A stretch of 64,000 nucleotides of DNA from Oikopleura dioica (lineage: Eukaryota; Animalia; Chordata). Shown piece by piece: positions 37,067-49,710 of the stretch. The translations under genes and the position numbers were made by a program. Every line of letters starts with the position of its first letter. Positions within the stretch are counted from its first letter, which is position 1. Below the pieces are notes generated by a model. The model saw nothing but the letters and a program-made list of their open reading frames with translations, was not told where the DNA came from and searched no databases. The stretch covers positions 8,742,001-8,806,000 of the forward strand of contig OU015566.1 in the NCBI GenBank assembly GCA_907165135.1, written 5' to 3'.

Positions 37067-40063
37067 AAAGAGCCAGAAGTGTTCAACACTGTAGCAGCCG
37101 GACTCAAGAAGCTCTACAACTCCAAGCTCAAGCCGCTTGAAGATGCCTACAAGTAATCAACTTGGAAAAGTCTTGAATTCTTATCGATTCTTCTTAGATT
37201 CCATGACTTCCACTCCCCGCCCCTCGATGATGCTGATTTCGATGCCAAACCGATGATCCTGTTAGTTGGTCAGTACTCGACTGGTAAAACGACCTTCATC
37301 AAGTATTTGCTGGAATCCGAGTTCCCTGGAATGCGAATCGGCCCTGAACCAACCACTGATTGTTTCATCATCATCTCTAAGGTGCGTTTCTTCCCATATA
37401 GCTTCAATATTCCAGACACTAGCTAAGCATGAGTTCGTTTTTATTTGATAAGGGTGTCTACAGATATGAGAAATCGTTAGTGTCTTTCCCGTTTAAATTC
37501 TTCCAAATTCAATTCTTTCCCAGGGCGATGAAGACGCAACGACAGGATCGATCAACGAAGGCATCATTCCAGGAAACGCCCTTGTCGTCGACAAGACAAA
37601 GCCATTCAGAGCGCTTTCTTCGTTCGGAAACAACTTCTTATCGAGGTAAAATGCGCTCTATGACCATTTTTTTATTCCTTCAAGATTACAATGCTCTCAA
37701 ATGGACAACCCCGTTCTGGATTCGATCTCCATTATCGATTCTCCCGGTATTCTTTCTGGAGAGAAACAGCGAGTCAACCGTGGATATGACTTTTCAAAGG
37801 TGAATTCTCTACCAACTTGTCCTTTCTCTTACTGAAACAAGGTTCTAACATGGTTCGCCGAACGAGTCGACAGAATCATCCTCCTCTTTGACGCACACAA
37901 ACTTGATATTTCCGACGAGTTTCACGAAGCTCTCAACGCTGTCAAGGTAATCATAAATTCACCTGCCAAGGTCTAATCTTTTTAGGCTGGTCTATCCGGT
38001 ACCACGGTAGGGTAATCATATTGCAAATATATTTTATACCTTCCCCGTAAATCCTATCCATCTTTTTTCGTGTCCCGGATGATAACAACTGGGCATGAGA
38101 CGTGATTTATCATCCTCCACAAGTTTTAACGGTCGACATTTCAGGGTTACGACGACAAAATCCGCGTCGTCTTGAACAAGTCCGATCAAGTCAACACGCA
38201 GCAGTTGATGCGAGTCTACGGTGCTCTCATGTGGTCCCTTGGAAAAGTCATCACTACTCCAGAAGTCGTTCGAGTCTACATCGGTTCCTTCTGGGATCAG
38301 CCTTTCCTTCACTCGGAGAATCGAGCTCTCTTTGAGGCCGAAAGTGGCGATTTGTTTGCCGATCTCCAGTCATTGCCAAGAAATGCGGCTCTGAGGAAAT
38401 TGAATGATCTTATCAAGCGAGCTCGTCTCGCCAAGGTACATTGCTTAACCGGCCCGATTCCAACCCTTTTCAGGTTCATTGTTTCATCATTGCTCATTTA
38501 CACGACAACATGCCCGCCATGTTCGGCAAAGAAAAAGCCAAAGCCAAGTTGATCGCTAACCTCCAACAAACCTACACCGAGTTGAGCAAGGCCCATGGTA
38601 TCTCGCCCGGTGATTTCCCAGACGTTCGAAAGATGCAGGAGCTTCTGAAGGACGCTGACTTCTCTAAATTCCAATCTTTGCGTGAAACATATCTCAAAAA
38701 GGTCTGCCTTTATTGATATCGTCTCTTCACCTCCTTTTAGGTTGACGTTATGCTTGGGAAAGAAATTCCGGAATTAATGAAGATGATCCAGAAGGAAGAA
38801 GCTGCGGCGAATTTGAAGGAGAAAGAGCAGCCATCAATCAAGGGGGTATGAAAAGCCGAGTATATTTATCATCTCTCGCTTCCATTTTGAACTTCCTCTG
38901 CTTGCCCGCATTTTCTTCACCAAAAGAAAATAACCGGCCAAGCAGAAGAACTCCCAGACATTTCGAATTCAATACTTTCCAATTGATAAGATGTGATTTT
39001 CTGTCAATCAGAAAGGATTTGAGCAAATCGAGTTTCCATCAATAGACAGCCGAGTCATCTCAGCTTTTATTGATTGAATTCAATTTTTTACGAAATGTCA
39101 CTTTTGGTGACTTCTTAAAGATTATTCACAAGATATTTTTCATCGGCATTAGTTTTCCAAAACATCGTATTCAAAAATATACGTTTCTTGGGGCGATGTT
39201 TTTGAAAATTGGGTGACAAACTTGGTGTTTCTATAATTTCGTATCATGCTTATTATCCCTCAACAGGGCGGCGCGCTTGGCGGGCTAGTCGACAATCCCT
39301 TCGGAACTGGCTACGGCCGCGGTGTCGACGAAGGCCGTGATGAAGACGACTGGGTCTGCCTCAAGGACAAGATTTCGGGTCATCAACAGCTCCTCTATTT
39401 TTATTTATTAACATATTGCTTTTCTTCTAACTCGCTTCTTGCTCACTAACACTTCTTGATTCGCATGATTTTTGTTGAAATTGATTCATCAATCAAATTT
39501 TTGAAAAATATATTGAAAATTAAATATATTTAATATTTGACCAATCAGCCACGCGATAACTTTGACGACAGCAACCCTTTCGAAATTCGCGCTGGCTTCC
39601 TCTTGCCTGGAAATGCCGGCGAGTGGCCAGTCGATAAGATGAAGAATCGGTCAAAATTACGCTCAATATATAATCAATCTAAAATTCTCTTCCTTGATTT
39701 CACCACATAGTATTTCGAAAGTAGCAAGCTTGACCCGGGGCTAGCCAAAATACGATAGAATTTTTAATGACCTCAACCCCGTCAATGGCAAAGTCTCTGG
39801 TAGTGCCGCCAAGAACGAAATGGTCAAGTCAAAATTGCCAAACTCGGTAAGGATTTCGAGCCTTTTTTTCTTAGCTTAAAATTGTTGTTTAGGTGTTAGG
39901 AAAGATTTGGAAACTGGCCGACCACGACAAAGACGGCTACCTTGACGACGAAGAGTTTTCACTGGCCATGCACTTGATCAAGGTCAAACTCGAGAACAAC
40001 GAGCTTCCCACCAGACTACCGGAACATCTTGTACCCCCAAGCCAGCGTGACGGAAATTTCTAA
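37067..40063 (+). CDS. EHD1: EH domain-containing protein (EHD/Past1/RME-1)
   Basis: [69 protein letters not shown] domain [22 protein letters not shown]. First exon not resolved. Confidence 0.95.
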
Positions 40064-41194
40064 ACCCTCCTGTAGAGAATGTTTCCAGCAGCACTTTTCT
40101 AGCACGAAAAACAATTTTTGAAAGTGAAAGTGCAATTATGTAAATAAAATAAACAAAAAAAAACAAGATAAAAAAGCGTTCACCTCTTCGTGCTGTCTTT
40201 CTCCTGTTCACAATAAAAAGAACACCACGATTATGAATTTATTCTTTTCAAAAATTATGTTGAAGAAAGAAAAAGATTAAATCCTGAAGTACATAAATTT
40301 CTCTGTGGCTATTTTGGGGGATGTGGCACGAGTCTTCGAAAAATTGCAAGAATTTTTATCAAAATTTAGGTCAAATTTTAGACAGACAGTCGTAAAAAAT
40401 TAAGTTATTTGTCGCATTTTTGTCCACTCGTGTCACCATCCCCTTTTTGATCACAATAAATTAATGAATATTGATAGTATACTCCCCTCTTTTCTCCAGA
40501 CGAACCCTGAATAATTGGCCTTGAAATTCATTTTGGAATTATATATCACCCTCTCCTTTTTGGGCCGATCCAGTCACATTCCGTAACGCTTGAAAAGTCA
40601 AAGAGCTGGCCGATTCTAAGCCATTCCAGTCCGAAGTCCATCAAAATAGAAAAAAAAAATGCTTCAAAGTAAGAGAAAATGTGCCGTTCCTCGTCAAAGA
40701 AAGTTTTTTGTTCAAAGTGGTGTTTTCTCTCTGTGCATACAAATCTGACGTTTTATCAAAAAATTGCAATATTTCAATATACTACTTATGTTTCCCTTTT
40801 TCATTTATTTAATCAGAAAAAGAAATTCAATTTTCAAACATTAGAATCCTTTCCATTTCGTGCCTATTTCTATCTGAACTCCTTCTTGATCTCTGTCAGC
40901 ATGAAACTTGTAAAAATATCCTCCACTCAAATCTCTGCTTATTATTTAATTCAAATATATTTTACCTGCATTTTTCTGGTGAATTCTGTACTCAAAGCAT
41001 CCTATTAGAAAAATTCTTCCGCCCGATTTCCAATTCTGATACAAACAATTCAGTATCTTTATTCAGTATTTTTTTATTAATTCTATATCAAGATCGAACA
41101 AATTCAACTCGCTTTTCCTCTTTTTTCCTATTCATATTTACATTATGCAATCGATTCTGGAACTCATCGATAAACCTTTTTGCCAAATTCAGCC

Positions 41195-42335
41195 ATGGTC
41201 TCGCTCGCTGACAGAATCAAGAAAATTGATGAAGAAAATACCGAGTTGAATCTTGATGGCTTGCAGAAGCCTGATCTTTCATTGCTCAAAGAAAAAGCAG
41301 ACATAATTACAGGTACGGTTCTGCAAGAGAAAATGCATCTAAGATAACTTTTTAGAGCTTAGCTTGAACGCCTGCAAAATCAACAACTTGTCTTCTCTGC
41401 CCACCATGCCCGGCCTTTACAAGCTCCAGCTCAACGACAATAGCCTGACTGACATAAGCGAATTGGCAGCCAAATGCCCTGGCCTGATGGAATTATCTGT
41501 CTCGGGCAATAAGAAAATCGCATCAGTCGACCAATTAAAGCCACTCGCACAGCTCAAGACCCTGTTGAAAATTGAACTCGAAGGATGCGATATTGCTGAA
41601 GAGGAGGAATATAGAAAGCCTGTTTTTGCTGCCATAGCTACACTTGCCAATGTTGACGGATTTGATAAAAGAGGAGTTGAAATACCAGGTAATGTATTTT
41701 TTTTATTTATAAATATGAAGATTTCTTGTTTTTCGCTCAAAACGCAATTTCACTCACTCTACAACATATATGACAAAAGTTTCATTTTAGTAAACTGTCT
41801 AATTATTGTAATAATGGTCTCCTTCTAATGCTCTTTTATTCCTCAAAAATCGTCAAATCTAGGTCGATAATCGACCGTCGATTATAATCGCGTCTGAGAA
41901 TCTCAGCCTGAGATGTTTGTTTGATACCCTATTTGAATATCCAAGCAACTTGACCTGAATCTCTATTTGTTGCCTCTTATCGAAATTAACCTAGATGACG
42001 ACGATGAAGACGAAGAAGAGGAGGACGAGTCCGAAGAAGAAGTTTCTGCTGGAGTTTCTGGCACTCTAGCTTCGCTCTACAACGCTGACTTGCCATCAGA
42101 AGACGACGAGGATGGCGATTACGACTCCAACGAAGAGCCAGAAGGCTCGGACGGAGATGATGACGAGGACTCGCAAGATGAGATTATCCAGCCAACGGAG
42201 GGTAATGACGAGGGAGCCGGCTCATCTGGGTAAATATACTCTACTTCTCGCCGCGCATTTACTCGTCCATTCAGACTTTCCAGCGGCCCACCGCCGAAAC
42301 GGCAGCGTGTCAACGACTCCGAAGACTCTGACTAA
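41195..42335 (+). CDS. ANP32: ANP32-family LRR/acidic nuclear phosphoprotein
   Basis: LRR (LPTMPGLYKLQLNDNSL...LMELSVSGNK), LRRCT YRKPVF...NVDGFD, Asp/Glu-rich tail, C-terminal NLS PPKRQR. Confidence 0.9.
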
Positions 42336-42547
42336 AATAGCCAGCTCCAATCAACTCCTTTTTTTGTCTCATTTATCCCTGACAGTCTTTTCTTTTTTCT
42401 TTCTCAATTGTCTACAAGTTTTGAGAAATCGACATTTTCCATTATTTCGCGCTACACTTGAATAGGAAGATTATTTCCACTGCCGAGCGAAAAACATCCT
42501 ACATGAAAAGCCAGTGTTTTACTAATTCTGTTTCTATTTTTTAGTTT

Positions 42548-44873
42548 ATGGAATGGGAACCAAAAATGGAGTTCCAAGGGCAAGCGCTTGCTAACGCCCT
42601 TGATCTCAGCTCTCGTCTCGCTCAGGACCCGGCTCATCCAAGAAGCATTTATTGAATGCTTTTGCTCAAGTTTTATAAAGCGATAAAATCAAGAGCCGAA
42701 TAAAGCCAAAGAAAGAACAGAAGCAGAGCTCCCTTTTCAGCGCTCTTTGCGATCAAAATCGAAGATACGAGCCGGAGAAAGAAACCGATGCAGACGATGA
42801 TTGGCGTCAATTTCTGGTTAGATAATTAATTTATTTAAACAAAGATAATTTCACACGAGAATCGATGGGTCTAAGTCCGAGTTTACTCATTCACTGTTAT
42901 CGATTTTTGATCTCGCCGCGCTGGCACAGTTGATATTTTTACACTTCAGGCGGACCCGACTTTCCGCGATCCACCATCACAGGCCCGCTCACAGCTGACT
43001 TCGCATACTTCACCGCGCGAGTGCTACTCGCAGCAGTGGAGTTCCAATCGATGGAGCACACGTACATCGGGCTGCTCCTCGCTCCATTCTTCAGGTAATT
43101 ACTTTTTTCTTTTTGAAAAGGTCACTCAAGATTTCAGAATACGCGATTGATTTCGATGGAATTCACCTGGACGACCATTCGAGCTTCGATGATAGCAACA
43201 GTGGCTTCATCCTTTGCGATACTCCTGAAGGATCGATTACGACGCATCCTGATTATTTGGATACATATTCTGAAAATGGTGGGAGAAATCAACGCCACTA
43301 TCGAGTAAGGGGGAAATTTCTCAATCATCACTCTTGAGCGCTGTTTTAAGATGCCTAATCGGCCATCATACCACTCCGCCGACACTCTTTCAGATATCGT
43401 CCCTCGATCTGTTCGCCCTTCTTTGCCTTACAATCCATATTCCAGGTACAAAGAGAGCGATTGGAGAACCACTGATGAGCGAGCTGATTTTCCATGAATT
43501 TCCGTCACTTTGCCTGACCACATTTACTAACATTCTTCGCCCAATTATTGAATAAGGGCTTGGAATGTTAAGAAGTGTGACTTGGCAAGTGACTCTCTCG
43601 ACGTATGGATTTGAAGAAGCCTCCCTTTCCTAGAGATATCCGTTTGAATTAATCTAATGATCGCTTAGAGCACGAGTTCGTACTTCAACTCTTCATTCCA
43701 CCCCTTCCTTATCGTGCCCTTGCCCTTCTGAACCCGTTATCCCCGAGCAGCCGCAAGTCCAACCAGCGCAGGCGCAGAATTCCCTTCGAAATTCGTCGAA
43801 AATCCACGAAAAATGGCACCAGCTGTCCGACGAAGAACGCAAGAAATACCTAGAAGATCTGATCCAGTCACTATCAATCAACGATCAGCTTCATATTATC
43901 CGAATGATTGCCCCTGCTACTGATCTGCAGCAGTCTGACTTTCAGCAAACTACTAGTAATCAACCGCAGACATCCCATCACCAACCACATCCTGTACAGA
44001 GCTCAGAGACATGGAATCTACAGTTGAAAAGTTGCGATGCTGGCAAAATATCAGAGGTAGATTTTATTTTACTTAGTATTTTGTGTGCTCAGTCAGGGAT
44101 CGCATAAACTTCATTAATTCAGATTTTACATTTTACTTTTCCTTATTTTCGAGTCCTACTATTTCAGCCTTTATACCTTCTGGTTAGTGGCCATTTGATG
44201 TCGCTTCAGAGTACTCTTTGAATCTGCTTATTTTATTTGTTCAACCTAAAAGATAAATCAAATTCATTAGAATGATAGATATCAATTTGAACAAAATCCA
44301 ACATCTCTCTAGGTCGAGCAATACGTCGCTCAATGCAACGTCCCACAAGGCTACATGCCAAGCACGACCCAATATCCCCAGCAACAACAAGTTCCAGTTC
44401 AAATGGCTCCGAATCAAACTTACTCTCATGATACCATGAGTTACACAAATCTGCAGCAGCCAATGCACAATTGCACCAGCCATCAACAACCACCCCTGAA
44501 CCACCAAAATTCATGTCCAAGTGTGTCCCAACAGTTCTCCGTCCCAGCCCCGCCCCAACCAATGGCGCAGCTGAGACGATCGAATTCTGATCCCAATTTG
44601 GCGGATCAGATTCGCCATATTCAAGCTAAAAAGAAGCGAGAAGAGTGAGTCCTTGTTTTCAATGAATCAAGCAAATGACTGAATTTTAGCAAACAAAAAC
44701 AACGCCATATTTACCGCTGGTTGAATTCTCAGACGACGCTTCGCGATAGGCGCAAGCGCAAATTGCTCCAAGAGCGTTCTCTCCCACAGCTGTTTTCACA
44801 GCAGGAAGTCGTCGAAGTGACGTCCGATCCCACGATCGACGAGCAAAACGAAGAAATCGACGTTTGCGAGTAA
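42548..44873 (+). CDS. FAM199X: FAM199X-like protein
   Basis: WHQLSDEERKKYLEDL...LSINDQLHIIRMIAP, RRSNSDPNL followed by a basic stretch and a terminal EEIDVCE resemble FAM199X motifs as recalled; some splice junctions unresolved. Confidence 0.7.
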
Positions 44874-46938
44874 ACTTCTACCATTCAAAACAATTTCGCA
44901 CCGAGATTCTCCTTGTTGTCATCGTTTATCTTTCTTTTTTTTGTTTTCAGTCATTCATCCCTGTTCATAAATTAAACCGGCAAGCGAGAAGATCTCTCGT
45001 GTATTCGAACCTTCAGGTTTTACCGCGATCATTTGTTTCATGTTCAACTGTACCGTCACACTCTTCATCAGCGAAAGATTCCGTTACTTGTTCAAACCAC
45101 CGTTTTGTTCTCTTTTTTCATTTATCCCTTTTTATATTTTTCATCGAGAACAATTTGCATGCGTATTTTTTCAGCTAGCTTGGGTTTTAAATTTTATTTA
45201 TATAAATCTCGCAAAACCGGGTTAAAAAAAGAAAAGTCATTTCAAACTGTTTTTCTTGCTTGGCTCGAGCTCCATCGCCATAATTATCAATTAACAATAA
45301 GTCCATCAACGCGTTCGCGACATTCTAGTAGCATGAAGCTTCTCCAATAAGAAAACTACCCTATTTATCTATCCCTGTTTCCACCCTTCTTCTAACTTAA
45401 CCGAAAAAGTTCGAAATTTATCTCTGCAAAAACAAAAACCAATTGAATTGGAAAGAAACAACATCACTCTCTTAAAATGGCTTCTATGCTCTCTGAAATC
45501 CGTAGCCCAGATATCTCGCTTTATTTTCTATTGTAAAATATAAATGTTCGTTTATTATCTTTGTTTTATTATTTCAAAAGCAGAATGAGAGATTTATTAA
45601 TCCTCCTCAAGAGGGGGAAGAATGTTACTAATGTTTTGCCTCATTTTGATGATGACCCAACTAAATGGGTCCTCTTTATATATCTTCGGGAAATAAGTGG
45701 GGCATTTTATTAGACTTCAATCATCGCTGACGATCTATCGGATAGAATCTATCCATCGATATACAAGAAGAAACAGTAATAAAAGTTTTGGGCCAGAGCG
45801 TCTGGTCCCTGAATCCCTTGAAGTCCCGAATCAGATCACTAATCTTAGTTACCCATTGATGATGATCATCGCGGCTTTTTTGTGAAATAAATCGACGTGG
45901 GAAATTAAACACGCGCCGTAGTACTGGTAGTAAATTAGGGTGGGTCGCTTTTTGGGCTGAATAGGTCGCCTAGGGTGTTCACATTCCATAGTAGACTGAG
46001 CAGGGCGGTGATAAATGAAATGAAAAAGCCTTGAGGCGCATCGCTGACTCACTCAGTCTATAGACACTGCTCGTTCAAAACGAACACCAGGACCACACGA
46101 AATTGCGGAAAAACACCGATTTTCCCTAGCCCCAGAGCTACAGAGCTTTCCTGTCAGAAAACACCCTAAAAACGTGAGTTTTAGTATAGAAACCATAAGT
46201 AGCTACTCCTGCGGAAGTCGTATTTTTTATAAGTTGTTTCCACTTTTTTTTGCTTTTGGGCACACAATCGTTCTCCAACGCCTCTGGGATTGGACTTTTC
46301 CGGGGCTTTTTGGGCGTCCTAAATCATTCTTAGAAAAGAACGTCAAATTTAACGATCGACGAGTTTATCATGAACTTAGTGTTTCAATGCACACGAATAA
46401 GTCCCAATTTAACCCGTTTGGTTATGAAGAATCCGTGAAAACTTTAAATAACTATTTTATAACGTCAATTTCCCTCTGTAAATATCTCCCATTCAAAATT
46501 TTTCCCATCAATCTTTGTTTGAATTCCTCGAAAGAGTTTCAACTCCTTCGCGTGAATATCGTGAAATCGGTGACTCAAATCAAATCCTGTTGGATTTACC
46601 AGCGAGCCGGATTGTTCCGGGTGATAGGAGTAGCTCATCCTCAAGTGCAGCGCTATCGAAAGGCGGCTCATTAATTTTGCTGACGTTCGTCCATAAAACA
46701 AAAGATATATCATCATTTCACTTTGAAATATTTAATACGCGGCGGCGAATTAATGAAATTATAGGAAAAACAATTATCCACAATAATACAATCATCTAGT
46801 GGTATTTCGAGGGCTGAATTGCCCTCCGTTTACGTCGATTTCGTGAGCATGAATAAGACATTTCAATTCCCATTTCCTTTTTTTTAAATGGCGTCTCATT
46901 CAATGGACGACGGAACCCGTGACGATTACAGAATAATC

Positions 46939-47384
46939 GATCCGGGATAAAGAGACGTTTTCCAGGCCAAGCCTAGAGCGAGTTCGAAAACAGGCGCGCG
47001 AGAGGCGCAAGGTCGATCAGCTGAGGCACTCGCAAGTAACGCGGTAGGAGACAAGACACTTGCAAATGAAGCATCGTAGCCCCATGTGAAATTGAAAAGT
47101 GGCGAATATTTTCTAGACCTAAAAATAAACTTTTGTTTTCTTTTATCATAAAATCTATCCTACGGTAAAAATATGCAAGGAATTCAAATTTGACACTCAT
47201 TTTTTGTTTGTATTTTATTTTCATAATTTTTTAGTTGGATGGCAGTTCGAAAGAGGAGAAATTACAGTGGTATTTTTTGTTTTTAGCAGTCAATGGAGTC
47301 CGCTGTTCGCCCTTCGAACCTCTCGCGCGCCCTTTTGGAAGTCGCTCTGGGCTTGGCCTGGAAAACGTCTCTGATCCCTCGATC
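46939..47384. repeat. Imperfect inverted repeat pair (~80-bp arms, ~280-bp AT-rich spacer)
   Basis: Perfect 23-bp core AGAGACGTTTTCCAGGCCAAGCC (46951-46973) matches its reverse complement at 47350-47372; similarity extends on both sides. Confidence 0.8.
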
Positions 47385-47652
47385 CGCACTTCAGAAATCA
47401 ATCACCCAAATAATCGCCTGGACAGCTTGTTTCTTATCTTTCCAGCTTCTGGCCTAAATTGAATGAATGAGCACAACACACTCAGTATCAATTTGGCTTC
47501 ACTAATCAGCTCATTCAGTGCTTATTTTTCCATTTATTCGTCTGAACACGATGGCTATTCAGACACCTGCGCAAACGAATAGTTTTAAGAGTTATTTATT
47601 TAGGGTAAATAATTCAGTCAAAGAAAATCAAAATATTATTCGTTGTTGTAAT

Positions 47653-49710
47653 TTACAACCAGTTAAATCGTTCAAATTGAGGGTAGCAGTTCTCTTGGTC
47701 CACTCCCCTCTTCGTCGCTGCTTCTCGAGCATCAATGTGCGCCATCCAGTCGGCCATGTATTTTTCCAAATAGGAAATATATTTTTGTCTTTGTTCATCT
47801 TCCTCGAAGAAACGGTTGTTTTTCTCTTCTGGATCCCACTCGGTGTTGTAGAATGACTTGGTTCCAGGGACTAATTTGACGTTTCCTTTTCGAATGGCGG
47901 AATTTACGCCAGGAGTGTAAGCGTGCGTCATAATCGGTTTGTTTTTTTACTTCGTAGCTTGCTTCGCCAGTTTCGAGATATGACAAGAGACTTCTGCTGT
48001 CCGGGGCTTCGTTACAGCCCAAGTCGTATCCGATCAGCTCAGCGAGGGTTGCGTAGATGTCAACTGTGGAAACTTGAACACTTGGCTCGTGGATGATTCT
48101 TTGAAAAGGGTCATAAAGAGCTTTTTTTGTAGTTAGGTGCTGGATTCCGATTTTTAATCTAGCAGAAAAAAGCTTTATCTAAACCCTGTCCTTGGCTCGA
48201 ACTTTTTTGGATAACGCCATAAAAATGGAGTTCTGTGACTTGCCTCACCCATCGTGTTTTTGAATCCCTAAAGTTTGGATCGACGAATTTTCTTGCCAAC
48301 TGAAGATGTTTAAATTTAAAGTTTTCACTTGCCGATCCAGTTCCTGAAGATCAACTGATCTTGCTTTCATACCACCAGGAGATTCTGGTAGATCGATTCT
48401 CCACTGCTTGTGACCCCATTCGTTGAAAATCTTTTTACCGACCGTCGTTGGTCCGTTGTCCGACATGAAAAGAACGAGGGTGTCGTTTGCGATGTCGTGT
48501 TCATCCAACTTGTCCAGAATGCGTCCTACGATTTCGTCCGTCTCCAACACCATTTCTCCGAAAAGCCCGGCTTCTGTCTGGTTTCTAAATCGGAGTGGTG
48601 TGTTGAACGGCGCGTGCCCAGATTTCATGCCGTAGTAGGCGAAAAACGGCTCTTTATGATTTTCATCGATGAAGTTTTCGAGTTTTCGGCTGACTTCTTG
48701 TTCAAGTTCCCGACTGTCAAAGTTTTTCCCAGCAATCGTTTGTCGAGCCCATGTATCGTAGTAATTGTTCAACGAAAAAGGATCTGTGCCTTCCTCTTCA
48801 AACCCAGATGGACCAAAATAACCTGTGTTTGGGAAGTTGTTGCCACCTGCTGAATACTTTTCTTCGGGAGTTGTTTCGGGATAAGGTTGGAGGCGAACCC
48901 AAGTTTCGGCTGGTTCTGTGCTTCTTCCATTTTCGAAAGACAAGCCCGGATTGCAGCACATACCGGGGAGGGTATAGGAATAATCGTAGCCGTACAATTG
49001 TGGCGGTGCTCTTAGATTGTAATATCCGTATTTCTGGTGAGGGGTGGCTGTATTCGGATAAGCAAGCAAACCGTGTTCTTTTTTATACTCGAGAGCTGCT
49101 CGATCGCGCTGGCCGACAGCTGCAAAGTCCTGCCATGTTCCATTTTCTACAGCTATGCCCATCGGAAGAGGCTGCTGTTTTCCAAAGATCCCTGTCTTGT
49201 AGCCAGATTTTTTGAAAATTTCTCCAAGATGCGGTTCACCTGTATTTTTGTTCAAAATATTTTCTTAAGGGTATAGTAGTCGCTCTTTGCCAAGTCTCAA
49301 ATTTTTAATCTGAGTCTATTTTTAGAATCCTCATGAAATTCTGAACAAAAAAGTCCTCATTTTTGCCTTCCTTTTTTCAAGGGAGAAAGGCATGGTTATT
49401 ATTGGTAACTTATAATAATATTTTGAACGTTGCCTTGATTGATCATTCTCGACTGGCTATCTTCCATCGAATACCGCCCAGTCATTAGCATATATCTACT
49501 AGGAGAGCAACGACTAGAAGCCGAACTCGCTCCCAGAAATTTCACTCCTTCATGGCCGATTCTGTCAATATTTGGCGTGGGCACTTTAGCTTCTCTATTG
49601 TAAATTGTAAAATCTCCGATGCCGAAGTCGTCAGTATTGAGCATGATGACATTCGGCTTTCTTGCATCGCTCTCGAGTGAAAAAAGGAGAAGACTTGAAA
49701 GAAGCTTCAT
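47653..49710 (-). CDS. Secreted formylglycine-dependent (S1) sulfatase; one-base frameshift at 47942-47948 in this sequence
   Basis: Signal peptide, KPNVIMLNTDD, CSPSR (CxPxR), GYKTGIFGK, GHAPF, FMSDNGP, HRTPF, AIRKGNVKL. Confidence 0.88.
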
